From an uncultured Gemmatimonadales bacterium (GTDB lineage: Bacteria; Gemmatimonadota; Gemmatimonadetes; Gemmatimonadales; Gemmatimonadaceae), in contig CAWKNZ010000002.1 of NCBI GenBank assembly GCA_963851265.1, positions 1,664,001 to 1,728,000 of the forward strand: a stretch of DNA of 64,000 nucleotides. The letters run 5' to 3'. The position numbers were made by a program, and so were the translations under genes. A model generated the notes under the pieces. It saw nothing but the letters and a program-made list of their open reading frames with translations, had not been told where the DNA came from and did not search any database. Below are positions 40,022 through 51,925 of this stretch, piece after piece. How positions within the stretch are numbered: the stretch's first letter is position 1; every line of letters begins with the position of its first letter.

Positions 40022-40939
40022 TCACTGAACCCGCGTGAAGATCCGTCGCCACCGCACCCGCGTCGCCCAGGCGAGGGACGTCGTGGTGTCGGGCGTATAG
40101 CTGTAGTAGACGAACAGTGGGCGGCCAATCACGAGCGAATCGGCCACGAACCCCCAGTAACGGCTGTCGAGCGAGTTGTCGCGGTTGTCGCCGAGCACGA
40201 AATAGTGGCCGGCGGGCACGATGAGCGGACCCCAGTTGTCGCGCGACGGGTGCGCGGTCGGATCGGAGAGCGGCGCGAGCGGCGTGCGCGGGCCGTCGCG
40301 GAGCGGCGACCGAGCGACAGGCGCCGCGGCGGCCGTCCGCACCGCGAAGTGCGTCTGCCACTCGAAGTCGGCGGCGGCCGGGTCGGATCCGGGCTCGGTG
40401 TGCTCCACGTACGCCTCGGTGCGCGGGACGTTGTTCACGAGCAGCGTCCCGGCGCGCATCGCGAGCGTGTCGCCGGCCACGCCGATGATCCGCTTCACGA
40501 GATTCTTCTCGGGGTCCTTCGGCCAGGTGAACACGATGACCTGGCCGCGTGCGGGCGTTTGGAGGCGCGGCAGGTGGTGCTTGGTGAACGGCACCTCGGC
40601 GCCGTACCCGAGCTTGTTGACGAGCAGGAAGTCGCCGACGAGAATCGTGCGCTCCATGCTCCCGCTCGGAATCTTGTACGCCTCGACGAAGAACGCGCGG
40701 ACGAAGAGGAAGAGCAGGACCGCGAGCGAGCAGACCTTCGCCCACTCCCAGAACCAGCCGAACACGCGCAGGCGCGGCCGGCGGTTCACGCGCTCAAGCG
40801 CGAACGCGCGATCGGCGTCTGAACACCACGCCGCCGCGCTCGGCTGTGAGGCGGGGGACGAAGCGGCGCCCGGATACGGCAAATCGGCCCCGGTCCCGAG
40901 ATCCATTACGGCGAGGTGGGCGGGTGGCAGGCGGGACAC
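40022..40939 (-). CDS. lepB: Signal peptidase I
   Basis: IPSGSME.T.LVGDFLLVNK, VKRIIG..GD, YFVLGDNRDNSLDSRYWGFV; start uncertain. Confidence 0.93.
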   Translation of the reverse strand: MSRLPPAHLAVMDLGTGADLPYPGAASSPASQPSAAAWCSDADRAFALERVNRRPRLRVFGWFWEWAKVCSLAVLLFLFVRAFFVEAYKIPSGSMERTILVGDFLLVNKLGYGAEVPFTKHHLPRLQTPARGQVIVFTWPKDPEKNLVKRIIGVAGDTLAMRAGTLLVNNVPRTEAYVEHTEPGSDPAAADFEWQTHFAVRTAAAAPVARSPLRDGPRTPLAPLSDPTAHPSRDNWGPLIVPAGHYFVLGDNRDNSLDSRYWGFVADSLVIGRPLFVYYSYTPDTTTSLAWATRVRWRRIFTRVQ

Positions 40940-41044
40940 GCGCGGCCAGCGCGCCGTGGCGCGCGTCGACTACGCATGACGGAAATAAAATCGATCGGCT
41001 TGACAGCGTGCAAGCGGCATCCCGAGACGCGCCATCCGGGACGG

Positions 41045-42556
41045 TCAGTCCGGCGTGCCGAGGTAGTTGTCGATCTGCGCGCGCTGTAGCGTGCCCGAGT
41101 AATCGACGTAGCCGACCTTGGTTTCGGAGTAGAACTCGTACACTTCCCAGCCGCCCTCGCGGTGACCGTTACCAGTTTGTTTCACGCCGCCGAACGGCAG
41201 GTGCGCCTCGGCCCCGATGGTCGGCGCGTTCACGTACGTGATGCCGTTGTCGAGGTCCTGCAGCGCGCGGAAGCCGAGTGCCAGGTCGCGGGTGTAGACG
41301 CTGGACGAGAGGCCGTACTTCACGTCGTTGTTGACCAGGAACGCCTCGTCCGCCGAATCGACGCGCACGACCGAAAGCACCGGCCCGAAGATCTCCTCCT
41401 GCTCGAGTCGGCTCCCCGGCCGCACGCCGGTGAAGATCGTCGGCTCGTAGAACCAGCCGTGGGACAGCGCGTCAGCGTCGGCACGCCGCCCGCCGGTGAC
41501 GAGGGTCGCACCCTCGTCGCGGCCAATCGCGACGTATTCCTCGACTTTCGCGCGCGACGCCTCGTGAATGAGCGGGCCGACGTCGGTGCCCGGCTTGCGA
41601 CCGTCTCCGAGGACGAGGGCCTGCGCCCGCTCGGCGAGCCGCTCGACGAACCGGTCGTGGATACCGCGCTGCAGCACGAGCCGGCTGGTCGCCGTGCAGC
41701 GCTGCCCCGTGGTACCGAACGCGCCCCACAGCACCCCTTCGAGCGCGAGGTCGAGATCCGCGTCGTCGAGCACGATCTGCGCGTTCTTGCCGCCCATCTC
41801 GAGCGACAGACGTTTGTGCGTGCGCCCGCACGCCTCTCCGACGCGGGAGCCGGTCTCGGTCGACCCGGTGAACGACACGGCGTCGACGCCGTCGTGAGCG
41901 ACGATCGCCGCGCCCACGTCGCCTTCCCCGTGGACGAGCTGGATGACCTCGGGCGGGAGCCCCGCCTCGAGTAGCACCTCGACGAACACGTGGCCGGTGT
42001 GCGGCACGTCCTCCGCGGGCTTGAACACGCACGCGTTGCCGCACAGCAGCGCGGGAAAGAGCTTCCAGGTCGGGATCGCGAGCGGGAAGTTGAACGGCGT
42101 GATGATGCCACACACGCCGATCGGTCGCCGGTACGTCATCGCCCACTTGTTCCGCAGCTCGCTCGGCACGGTGTGACCGAACAGGCGCCGGCCCTCGGTC
42201 GCGGCGTAGTACGCGGTGTCGATGCCTTCCTGCACGTCGCCGCGCGTCTCGGTGAGCGGCTTTCCCATTTCGCGTGTCATCAGGTCGGCGATTTCGTCCT
42301 TGCGCGCGACGAGCAGGTCACCCGCACGGCGCAGCACGTCGCCGCGCGCGGGCGCTGGCGTGCGGCGCCATTCCTCAAAGCCTCGGCGCGCGCTTGCCAC
42401 GGCCCGGGCGACGTCGTCCGCTCCGGAGCGGGGGAAGCGCCCGATGAGGTCGCGCGTATCGGCGGGGTTCCGGTTCTCGAAATACTCGCCGGTCGATGGG
42501 GCGACCCACGCGCCCGCGATGAAGTTGTTGAAGAGCTGATCTGGAGAAGCAGGCAT
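41045..42556 (-). CDS. Aldehyde dehydrogenase family protein
   Basis: ITPFNFP, FTGST, LEMGGKN, GQRCTA, EEIFGPV. Confidence 0.95.
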   Translation of the reverse strand: MPASPDQLFNNFIAGAWVAPSTGEYFENRNPADTRDLIGRFPRSGADDVARAVASARRGFEEWRRTPAPARGDVLRRAGDLLVARKDEIADLMTREMGKPLTETRGDVQEGIDTAYYAATEGRRLFGHTVPSELRNKWAMTYRRPIGVCGIITPFNFPLAIPTWKLFPALLCGNACVFKPAEDVPHTGHVFVEVLLEAGLPPEVIQLVHGEGDVGAAIVAHDGVDAVSFTGSTETGSRVGEACGRTHKRLSLEMGGKNAQIVLDDADLDLALEGVLWGAFGTTGQRCTATSRLVLQRGIHDRFVERLAERAQALVLGDGRKPGTDVGPLIHEASRAKVEEYVAIGRDEGATLVTGGRRADADALSHGWFYEPTIFTGVRPGSRLEQEEIFGPVLSVVRVDSADEAFLVNNDVKYGLSSSVYTRDLALGFRALQDLDNGITYVNAPTIGAEAHLPFGGVKQTGNGHREGGWEVYEFYSETKVGYVDYSGTLQRAQIDNYLGTPD

Positions 42557-42742
42557 GCGCGCGGACGGCAAACGGATCGTGAGCGAGGGGGAGCGGGGCG
42601 GGAATCTACCCGCCGCACCGCGCCGCCCGTTGCACGCGGCGGCCGATTGACGGCACGCACCGGGTCGCCACATTGGAGCGCACCTGCGCGCCACCCGCCC
42701 GGCCCGCCGCCCTTCGCGCTCCACGACCGTCGTGCCCCCGCC

Positions 42743-44260
42743 ATGCCGACGCCTCGCCCCGCCGTTCTCGTTGCACGGTCGTTCGTCGCGATCAGCGCCG
42801 CGACCGCCCGACTCGCGTACGCCCAACCTCCCGCCACCCCGCGCGCCGTGACGCCCGCGTCCGCGGCCTCACCCGCGGTGCCCGTCGCGGTTCGCGGCGT
42901 CGTGTTCGACTCGCTCGCGCGCGCCCCGCTCGCCGGCGCGATCGTCCAGGCCGTTCGTGCCGACAACCCGGCCATCGCGCGGACGACCACGACCGATTCG
43001 GCCGGCGACTTTCAGATCGACTCGCTCGCGCCGGGTCGGTACCTGCTCGGCTTTCTCCATCCCACGCTCGACTTGCTCGCGGTCGAGATCAGGCCGGTGA
43101 CGGTCGTCGCCGATGGGCGACCGCTGCCAGCGGTGACGCTCGCGGTCCCGGGCCCGGGAGCGGTGCGCGCGGCCGTGTGTCCCCCGACGGCGCCGGGCGA
43201 TTCGTCCGGCGCCGTCGCCGGGATCGTGCGCGACGCGTCGACCGGCAACCCGGTCGCGGGCGCGACCGTCGTCCTCTCGTGGCAGGAGCTATCGCTCGGG
43301 CGCGGCGGAGTGCAGCGCGAGACGCGCCGCGTGCCGACGACCGTACGCGCGGACGGCGGCTTCCTCGTGTGCGGCGTGCCATCAGACGGCCCGATCGCGG
43401 CGAGCGCGTCAGCCCCCGGTGCGACGAGCGGCCTGGTCGAGATCACCGCGCCCGCGCACGGCCTCGCCGTCCAGCGGTTCTCGCTCGGACCCGTGGCCTC
43501 CGCACCGGCGTCGGCGCGGGGGACCGCCCCCGACTCGGCGGACGAGGCGGAGCGCGGCGGACTCCCCCGCCCGGCGCCCGGGACGGCGCGCCTCGTGGGC
43601 CGCATACTCGGCCCCGACGCTCAGCCGGTGCGCGGCGCGCGCGTCCGCGTCTGGGGCACCGATGCCAGCACCACGTCCGGCGACGACGGCCGCTACGCGC
43701 TCGCCGACCTGCCGTCGGGCACGTTCACCGTCGACGTGCGCGGTATCGGCCTCGAGCCGTCACACACACCGGTCGACCTCGCCAGCGGGCAGACGGCCGA
43801 GGTGCGCGTGGCGCTCGGCAAGGCCGTCCCGAAGTTGGACCGGATCAACGTGATCGGTTCGGGTACGGCGCGCAGCCGCTTTCTCGAAGCGTTCGCGGCG
43901 CGTCGACGTACCGGGCAGGGGCGCTACTTCACCGCGGCGGAGATCGAGGCGCGACACGCGCTGGAGCTGACCGACGTGGTCCGCGGCACGCCGTCGCTCA
44001 ACGTCATCCCGCGCGGCGCGCGCGGGAACGTGTTGCGCGGGCGGGGAGGATGCATCCCGAATGTCTGGCTCGACGGCAGTCTGATCCGTGGCGGCGCGAA
44101 CGACATCGACGATATCGTCCCGGCGCAGGCGGTCGAGGCGATCGAGGTGTACGGAAGCGGCGCGACGGTTCCCGCGCAGTACAACATCACGGGCACCGGA
44201 GGTTCGTTCACGGGCGGCCCCGTCAGTTGCGGCGCGGTCCTGATCTGGACGATGCGCTGA
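42743..44260 (+). CDS. Secreted protein with carboxypeptidase-regulatory-like repeats and C-terminal TonB plug-like domain (no barrel)
   Basis: Signal peptide; three G.V.D....P..GA.V repeats; YFTAAEIE, C.PNVWLDG, IEVY, CGAVLIWT. Confidence 0.8.
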   Translation: MPTPRPAVLVARSFVAISAATARLAYAQPPATPRAVTPASAASPAVPVAVRGVVFDSLARAPLAGAIVQAVRADNPAIARTTTTDSAGDFQIDSLAPGRYLLGFLHPTLDLLAVEIRPVTVVADGRPLPAVTLAVPGPGAVRAAVCPPTAPGDSSGAVAGIVRDASTGNPVAGATVVLSWQELSLGRGGVQRETRRVPTTVRADGGFLVCGVPSDGPIAASASAPGATSGLVEITAPAHGLAVQRFSLGPVASAPASARGTAPDSADEAERGGLPRPAPGTARLVGRILGPDAQPVRGARVRVWGTDASTTSGDDGRYALADLPSGTFTVDVRGIGLEPSHTPVDLASGQTAEVRVALGKAVPKLDRINVIGSGTARSRFLEAFAARRRTGQGRYFTAAEIEARHALELTDVVRGTPSLNVIPRGARGNVLRGRGGCIPNVWLDGSLIRGGANDIDDIVPAQAVEAIEVYGSGATVPAQYNITGTGGSFTGGPVSCGAVLIWTMR

Positions 44261-44420
44261 GCGCACCAGAGTACCGGGCCGACCGATCGCCGCGCGAGCC
44301 ACCGGCGCCGGGCCTGGCCGGCGCGGGCGTCGGGCGGAACGATTCCGGCCCGCGCCAGTACGGAGAGCGGCACCGCCCGCCCGCCGAGTTCCTCCTCAGC
44401 TTCCTCCCGCTCAGCGCATC

Positions 44421-46121
44421 GTGTTCCGCTTCCCTCGCGCCTCTGTTCGCGTTCCGCAGTCGCGCCCCGTGAGTTGGGCGCGGCGATCGTCGGCACTCGT
44501 CGCCGTGCTCGCCGCAGCCGGGCCCGCACTCGCCCAGGCACGGCCGAAAGCCGGCGCGATCGGCGGCGCGACGACGCAGCCACCGCGCAACACCGGACGT
44601 CCCACGGCGGGCGCGACGGACGATGCGCCGCCGGCCGCTGCGGCCGCGGCCGCGCCACGGGCCGGGCGCACGATGGCCGCGTTCGGCGTCGTCTACGACT
44701 CGCTGTCCGGCGCGCCGCTGGCCGGCGCGACGGTGCAGTTCGTGGGGGAGGCGGACCGGGCTCGGGCGTACTCCGCAGAGACCGACTCGACGGGCCGCTA
44801 CCGGCTTCCCGGGCTGGCGCCGGGCCGGTACGTGGCGGGCTTCCTCCACCCCGACGTCGACGCGCTCGGCATCGAGGTTCGACCGATACTCGTCGATCTC
44901 CTCCCGGATACGGCCGCGCAGGTCGACTTCGGCGTGCCCGGATCGCGGACGTTGCTGCCGGCGCTCTGCGGGGCGAACAACCCGTACGGCCGCGGCGCGA
45001 CGGGGACGACCGACGAGACCCTGATGGCGCTGCTCCAGCCGAAGGCGCCGGGCGCGCTCACCGGGAGCGTCCGCGATGCGGAGAGCGGGATGCCGATTCC
45101 GGGCGCGAAGGTGATCGTGACGTGGAAGGAGGTGAAGAGTTCGGGTGGCGCGCTCATCAATGCGAGCCGGCGCGCGCCGGCCGTGGTGCGCGCGGACGGC
45201 GGATTCACGGTGTGCGGACTGCCCGCCGATGTCGATCTCGTCGCGAGCGCCGAGGCGCGCTCGCGACGAACGGGGCTCGTGGACGTCCGGATCAGCGCGG
45301 GACGCCTGGTCCGGCGCGACTTCCTGCTCGGCGATTCGGCCACGGCGACTGTGGTCACGCTTCCCGACACCGCGGTGCCGCGCGAAGGGCGGCTGACCAT
45401 GCCACTGACCGTCGCGCGCGGAAAGGCGCGGCTCACCGGCGTGGTGCGGACGCCCGACGGCCGCCCGGTCACGGGGGCGACGGTCCTGGTGTACGGTACC
45501 GACGCGAAAGGGCAGACCTCGTCGACCGGCACGTTCTCGCTCAGCGGGCTTCCCGCGGGCACGTACAGCGCCGAGGTGCGCGCGATCGGCTACGCGCCGA
45601 AGCGGGTTCCGGTAAACCTCTCGTCGACGCGCGTCGCCTCGATCGCGATCCCGCTCGACCAGCGCGTGCAGCAGATCGAGGGCGTCGTGGTCAAGGCCGA
45701 CCGGACGAAGCTGGAGAAGGACTACACAGGCTTCCTCGATCGCGTGAAGCACGGCATGGGGCATTACATCACCGAGGAACAGCTCGCCAATCGGCAGGCG
45801 ATCGTCTTCACCGACGTGCTGCGGATGACGCCGGGGATGAACGTCGTGCCGAACGGTTCGATGGGCTACGCGGTCCAGGGCCGCGGCGGGTGCACGCCGG
45901 ACATCTACCTGGACGGCATGCCGATCATCGACGGCGCGTCGAGCCTGAACGACCTCGTGAACCCGAACGACGTGGCGGGGGTCGAGATCTACAACGGCGG
46001 CGCGACCACGCCGGTGCAGTTCCAGTCGACTGCTGGCAGCGGGAGTTGCGGCTCGGTGGTCGTCTGGAGCAAGCGCGGCCGGCCGAACGCGTCGACGCAG
46101 TCGTCCTCTTCACGCGAGTAA
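44421..46121 (+). CDS. Paralog of the preceding gene: carboxypeptidase-regulatory-like repeats plus plug-like domain (no barrel)
   Basis: Shared GVVYDSL..APLAGA.VQ, PGRY..GFLHP, VRADGGF.VCG.P, GRGGC.P..YLDG, CGSVVVW. Confidence 0.8.
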   Translation: MFRFPRASVRVPQSRPVSWARRSSALVAVLAAAGPALAQARPKAGAIGGATTQPPRNTGRPTAGATDDAPPAAAAAAAPRAGRTMAAFGVVYDSLSGAPLAGATVQFVGEADRARAYSAETDSTGRYRLPGLAPGRYVAGFLHPDVDALGIEVRPILVDLLPDTAAQVDFGVPGSRTLLPALCGANNPYGRGATGTTDETLMALLQPKAPGALTGSVRDAESGMPIPGAKVIVTWKEVKSSGGALINASRRAPAVVRADGGFTVCGLPADVDLVASAEARSRRTGLVDVRISAGRLVRRDFLLGDSATATVVTLPDTAVPREGRLTMPLTVARGKARLTGVVRTPDGRPVTGATVLVYGTDAKGQTSSTGTFSLSGLPAGTYSAEVRAIGYAPKRVPVNLSSTRVASIAIPLDQRVQQIEGVVVKADRTKLEKDYTGFLDRVKHGMGHYITEEQLANRQAIVFTDVLRMTPGMNVVPNGSMGYAVQGRGGCTPDIYLDGMPIIDGASSLNDLVNPNDVAGVEIYNGGATTPVQFQSTAGSGSCGSVVVWSKRGRPNASTQSSSSRE

Positions 46122-46174
46122 GCGGCGCTCCGTCGCGTGCCACATCGGGGCTGGGTGCCGGTACGCGGGCGCGG

Positions 46175-46696
46175 TTACGGAGTGCAGCTCCACGCCGCGG
46201 GGTGGGCGAGCGACGGAATCGCGTAGCCGACCTTCGGCAGGACTTCGCGGGCGCCGAGCGTGACGGCGCCCGCGAACATCGCGAGGCCGAGGAGGTGGAC
46301 GAATGCCGCGCGGTGTCGCCAGGCGGACGTGGACGTGACGATTCCGACGACGCCGAGCAGCGCGACGAGTCCGAGGTAGTAGCTGAGTTCGATGCCGCAG
46401 CGCGACGTGTAGGGCCAGTAGATCAGCGCCGCGACGACCGCGACGCCCAGAACGATGCGGAAGAGCAGCGCGAATTGCGCGCGCCACGACCGCCGGCCCG
46501 GCGCCGCGGGGACGCCGAGCGCGCGCCCCGACACGATGCCAGGCTCGGCGGGGCGTCGGGGTGGCTCGACGATCGCAGTTGGCGCCGGCGTCCCGCGGGC
46601 GGCCGCGCTCGGCGCCGCGGCGGCTGGCGGATCGGGCACCGCGGCGAGGCGCCGGTCGAGATCGGCGAGTTCGCGGTCCCAGTCGCGGTCGGGCAT
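46175..46696 (-). CDS. Hypothetical membrane protein (about 3 TM)
   Basis: MPDRDWDRELADLDRRL; WPY..RCG; ends WSC; follows the response regulator by 4 bp. Confidence 0.7.
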   Translation of the reverse strand: MPDRDWDRELADLDRRLAAVPDPPAAAAPSAAARGTPAPTAIVEPPRRPAEPGIVSGRALGVPAAPGRRSWRAQFALLFRIVLGVAVVAALIYWPYTSRCGIELSYYLGLVALLGVVGIVTSTSAWRHRAAFVHLLGLAMFAGAVTLGAREVLPKVGYAIPSLAHPAAWSCTP

Positions 46697-46700
46697 CGGG

Positions 46701-48077
<1,377 letters not shown>

Positions 48078-48137
48078 GTCAGCGGGAAGCCGAGTGGTGG
48101 GTCGCCGCGCTCCGCACGGCGCCTTCGGCGCGTGCGG

Positions 48138-48797
48138 TCACGGCGTCGCCTTGTAGAGCGTGATGCGGCCGCGCCCGACGCGGACGTCGCCGATGTACGG
48201 CGGCAACTGGACGGGCACGGCGTCGGGGGACACGCCGGACGGGTTGTCGCCTTTGTGAAACCGGGCGACCACGCGGGGGATGAGCGGGGTGGGAACGGGC
48301 ACCGTGCCGATCTGGACGTCGCGCACGCGGAACTGGGCCATTCCCGGCCGGAGGACGTCGAGCGTGCCGCCGAGCCGGAGCGTGTCGCGCTCGTGAAGCA
48401 GGGCGCGGACCGCGGGGCCGAGGATTCCGGCAAAGTCGGCTGGCGAGACGACCGAGCGGAGCTGGATGCGGTCGCCGACGACGCTGGTCTGCGCGTTGCG
48501 GAGGGCGGCGGGGAGCGCGTCCGAGAGCGAGAGGAACGCGTACGACGCGAGCTCGCCGGGTCGCAGGTTGACGTACACCGGGCCGCGCGGCGCCGCGAGG
48601 GTGCGCACCGCGCGTTCGCCGCGTGCGGCGCTGGCCTGGTCGACCGGTTGCCACGTCGCGAGGGTGTCGGCCCGGCGCGCGTCGGCGCGTCCGTCGAGGC
48701 GGGCGACCAGCGGGCGCCAGGTGTCGCGCGTGATGAACAGCGCGGCCAGGATGGCGAGGACGGCGAGGCAGCCAAGTCGGCGCAGGCAGCCGAACAT
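48138..48797 (-). CDS. Hypothetical membrane-anchored protein
   Basis: GCLRRLGCLAVLAILAALF anchor; protein-like composition. Confidence 0.7.
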   Translation of the reverse strand: MFGCLRRLGCLAVLAILAALFITRDTWRPLVARLDGRADARRADTLATWQPVDQASAARGERAVRTLAAPRGPVYVNLRPGELASYAFLSLSDALPAALRNAQTSVVGDRIQLRSVVSPADFAGILGPAVRALLHERDTLRLGGTLDVLRPGMAQFRVRDVQIGTVPVPTPLIPRVVARFHKGDNPSGVSPDAVPVQLPPYIGDVRVGRGRITLYKATP

Positions 48798-48870
48798 CAG
48801 CGCGCGCGGCGGGCGGCGGGGCGTGGGTAGATCGCGCGTCGGGACGTCATGCGCTCCAACGTAGCGGTGC

Positions 48871-48915
48871 GGGTCGTAACCGCGCGGCTCGTAACCGCGC
48901 GGGTCGTGGGCGCGC
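48871..48915. repeat. Imperfect 15-bp tandem repeat x3
   Basis: GGGTCGTAACCGCGC / GGCTCGTAACCGCGC / GGGTCGTGGGCGCGC. Confidence 0.7.
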
Positions 48916-48941
48916 GGGGTGGCGGAGCGTCGGCGTGCGGA

Positions 48942-50495
48942 TCACCCAAGTGCGAACGCGGGCTCGCGGGCGCTGGCCGCCGGTCGCGGCGTCGGGGTTC
49001 GGTACCGGAGGGCTTCGGCGACGTGGGCCGGTCCGATCGCGGGCACGTCGTCGAGATCGGCGATGGTGCGCGCGACCTTCAGCACGCGAAAGTAGGCGCG
49101 CGCGGAGAGCCCGAGACGGTCGGCGGCCGCGACGAGCAGTTCGCGGGCGTCGGGGTGTACAGCCGATTCGCGGTCGAGCCAGCGACCGGCGACGCCCGCG
49201 TTGGTCGTGATGCCGGGTAGCGTGCGGTAGCGCGCGCGCTGGCGGATCCGCGCGTCGGCGACGCGTGGGCGGATGGCGCTGGACGGTTCGCCGAGTGTGC
49301 GCACGCCGATGGCGCGCGGGGGCACGGCGCCGACGCGGACGTGCATGTCGATGCGGTCAGCGAGTGGGCCCGAGAGGCGGGCGGCGTAGCGTTCGACGTC
49401 GGCGGGAACGCATGTGCACACCGCGCCTGGCTCGCCGGCGCGGCCGCACGGGCACGGATTCATCGCCGCGACGAGAGTGAATCGCGCCGGGTACGTGACG
49501 GTCGCGGTGGCACGGGAGAGGGCGACAGTGCCGTCCTCGAGTGGCTGGCGGAGGCTGTCGAGGACGTGACGGGGGAACTCGAGCAACTCGTCGAGGAAGA
49601 GGACGCCGAGGTGGGAGAGCGAGACCTCGCCGGGTCGGGGCGGTGATCCGCCGCCGACGAGTCCGGCGGTCGAGATCGTGTGGTGCGGGGAACGGAACGG
49701 GCGTTCGGGCGTCGCGTCGATTGCGCCGGTGAGACCAGCGACGGAGCGGATCGCGAGGACTTCGAGCGCTTCGCGGTCCGTGAGTGGGGGAAGAATTGTG
49801 GGGAGTCGGCGCGCGAGCATCGTCTTCCCCGCCCCGGGCGGACCGACGAGCGCGAGGTTGTGGCCGCCTGCCGCGGCGATCTCGAGGGCGCGTTTGGCGG
49901 TGTCCTGGCCGACGACGTCGGCGAAGTCGTCGCCGTGGGGGGCGCTGCGCGTGGTCGACGCAGCCGGGGGCGTGCTGTGCGGCAGGCGGCCGGCGTCGAG
50001 CGCGGCCAGGAGTTCGCGGAGCGTGGCTGGCGCGTACACCGCGACATTCTCGACGCGTGCGGCCTCCGCGAGGTTGCCCGGCGCAACGATCAGGGAGTGG
50101 CCCGCGTCGGCGGCCCAGAGGGCAACGGGGAGGACGCCCCGGACTGGACGGAGCGAGCCGTCGAGGGCGAGTTCGCCGACTGCCACCACGCCGGCGAGGG
50201 CCGCCGAGTTGAGCAGGCCGGTGGCGGCGAGCGCGCCGAGTGCGATCGGGAGGTCGAAGCCCGAGCCGCTCTTCGGGATGTCGGCCGGGCTCAGGTTGAC
50301 GGTCGTTCGGCGCGGCGGAAGGGGGAGATCGCTGTTCGCGAGGGCGGCGACGACCCGTTCGCGCCCTTCCTTGACGGCGCTGGCCGCGAGGCCGACGACC
50401 GTGAGTTGAGGGAGGCCGAGTGCGGCGTGCACTTCGACGGTGACCTCGAAGGCCTCGATGCCGCGGACGGCGGCGGAGCGGACGGATGCGAGCAC
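48942..50495 (-). CDS. comM: YifB/ComM Mg-chelatase-like AAA ATPase
   Basis: VNLSPADIPKSGSGFDLPIA, AAAGGHN, GPPGAGKTMLARR, PGEVSLSHLGVLFLDE, AAMNPCPCG. Confidence 0.95.
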   Translation of the reverse strand: MLASVRSAAVRGIEAFEVTVEVHAALGLPQLTVVGLAASAVKEGRERVVAALANSDLPLPPRRTTVNLSPADIPKSGSGFDLPIALGALAATGLLNSAALAGVVAVGELALDGSLRPVRGVLPVALWAADAGHSLIVAPGNLAEAARVENVAVYAPATLRELLAALDAGRLPHSTPPAASTTRSAPHGDDFADVVGQDTAKRALEIAAAGGHNLALVGPPGAGKTMLARRLPTILPPLTDREALEVLAIRSVAGLTGAIDATPERPFRSPHHTISTAGLVGGGSPPRPGEVSLSHLGVLFLDELLEFPRHVLDSLRQPLEDGTVALSRATATVTYPARFTLVAAMNPCPCGRAGEPGAVCTCVPADVERYAARLSGPLADRIDMHVRVGAVPPRAIGVRTLGEPSSAIRPRVADARIRQRARYRTLPGITTNAGVAGRWLDRESAVHPDARELLVAAADRLGLSARAYFRVLKVARTIADLDDVPAIGPAHVAEALRYRTPTPRPAASAREPAFALG

Positions 50496-50613
50496 GGGCC
50501 GACGGTACAGCCGTGGGCCCGTGCGAGGTGCATCAAAACATTTCGCGGTGGGGCGGCGCGTCGCCGCGCCCGTACAGCGCGGCTGCCTTCGGCCCGCGTG
50601 GTCGGCGTGAACG

Positions 50614-51159
50614 TCAGTTCGGGGTCTTGGACGTCGTAGTCGTCGTCGGGAGCGTGACTACCGGGACGTCGACCTCGAAGATGAGCACCGAGCCGGCGGG
50701 TATGGTGTTGTTGCTCGACTTGTCCCCGTAGCCGAGCGCCGGCGGGATGATGAGGCGTCGGCGGCCGCCCTGGTTGATGCCGATCAGGCCGCGGTCGAAT
50801 CCGCGGACCACCTGTCCTGCGCCGAGCACGAACGTGAGGGGCGACTGCGAGCCCTGGTTCGTTCCGAAGGTGCGGCCGTCGGGGAGCCAGCCGGTGTAGT
50901 AGTAGCTCAGCGTTGCCTTCGGGACCGCCTTGGGGCCGCTGCCGACCGCGACGTCGAGGTAGTAGACGCCCGACGTATCCCGCGTGTACTCGCTCAGGCG
51001 GATGCCGAGCTTGGTCGAGTACGCGACCGTGGTCGGGTCCTGGTCGGGCGACGTAACGTCGCGGCAACTTGCGCCCGCGAGCACCACGCCGGCGGTGGCG
51101 ATGGCGGCGGTGAGGCGCGTGCGGGCCGAGCGGCGGGCGAAAGCGGGCGGTCGGAACAT
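50614..51159 (-). CDS. FKBP-type peptidyl-prolyl isomerase (lipoprotein)
   Basis: YTGWLPDGRTF, F.LG.GQVVRGFDRG, GGRRRLIIPPALGYG, IPAGSVLIFEVD. Confidence 0.92.
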   Translation of the reverse strand: MFRPPAFARRSARTRLTAAIATAGVVLAGASCRDVTSPDQDPTTVAYSTKLGIRLSEYTRDTSGVYYLDVAVGSGPKAVPKATLSYYYTGWLPDGRTFGTNQGSQSPLTFVLGAGQVVRGFDRGLIGINQGGRRRLIIPPALGYGDKSSNNTIPAGSVLIFEVDVPVVTLPTTTTTSKTPN

Positions 51160-51270
51160 TAGGTACGCTTGGGAGTGCGATGGGGAGCGCGGCATAATGT
51201 AGGATCGCCGGGCGTTCGCGTCCGGCGTCGGTACCCCGCGTGCCGCTATCGGCTCCGCGTGCCCGCCCCG

Positions 51271-51312
51271 GAGCACCGGCCGCGGAGCACCGGCCGCCGA
51301 GCACCGGCCGCC
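51271..51312. repeat. 14-bp tandem repeat x3 (GAGCACCGGCCGCS)
   Basis: Units at 51271, 51285, 51299 in a divergent intergenic region. Confidence 0.85.
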
Positions 51313-51427
51313 GCGCGACGGTCTCGGCATGCCGGGCGCAGTACGCCGACCGGCTGACGGCTGCCGGCGTGTGCCCGTCAGCGTGTGCCCGTGGCCGTCC
51401 GCCCACTCGTCTTCGACCCGTCCGCCC

Positions 51428-51898
51428 GTGACCCTCCCAACACCTTCGACCTCGTCGGACGCGAGTCCGGGCTTCACGTGGCGGGAGTTGCGGATGCGCG
51501 TCGGGTGGGCGCTGCGCCTACGCTGCCCCAATTGCGGCGGCGGGCCCGTGCGCAGCTCGTGGCTCAAGCGTCTCGCCGGGTGTCCGGTGTGCGGGATCCG
51601 GCTCGACCGCGGCGAGAACGATTACTTCATCGGCGCCTACATGGTCAACCTGATCGCGGCGGAGGTACTGCTCGCGGCGGGGCTGCTCGTCGTGCTGCTC
51701 GCAACGTGGCCGGCGCCGCCGTGGGACGCGATCCAATACGGGGGCGTGGCGCTGATGATCGTGCTGCCCGTGGTCACGTACCCCTTCACCGAGCTGCTCT
51801 GGCTCGCGTTCGACCTCGTCTTCCGCCCGCTCACGCCCGCCGAGCTGCAGTGGCATCGCGAAGGGAGTCTGGACGCGCGCGAGCTGCCGCACCGTTAA
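51428..51898 (+). CDS. DUF983 family zinc-ribbon membrane protein
   Basis: LRLRCPNCG.G....W.....CPVCG....R.E..YF.GA, two TM helices; start uncertain. Confidence 0.8.
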   Translation: MTLPTPSTSSDASPGFTWRELRMRVGWALRLRCPNCGGGPVRSSWLKRLAGCPVCGIRLDRGENDYFIGAYMVNLIAAEVLLAAGLLVVLLATWPAPPWDAIQYGGVALMIVLPVVTYPFTELLWLAFDLVFRPLTPAELQWHREGSLDARELPHR

Positions 51899-51925
51899 TC
51901 TCCGTTAGGCACACTGCGCTCCGCC

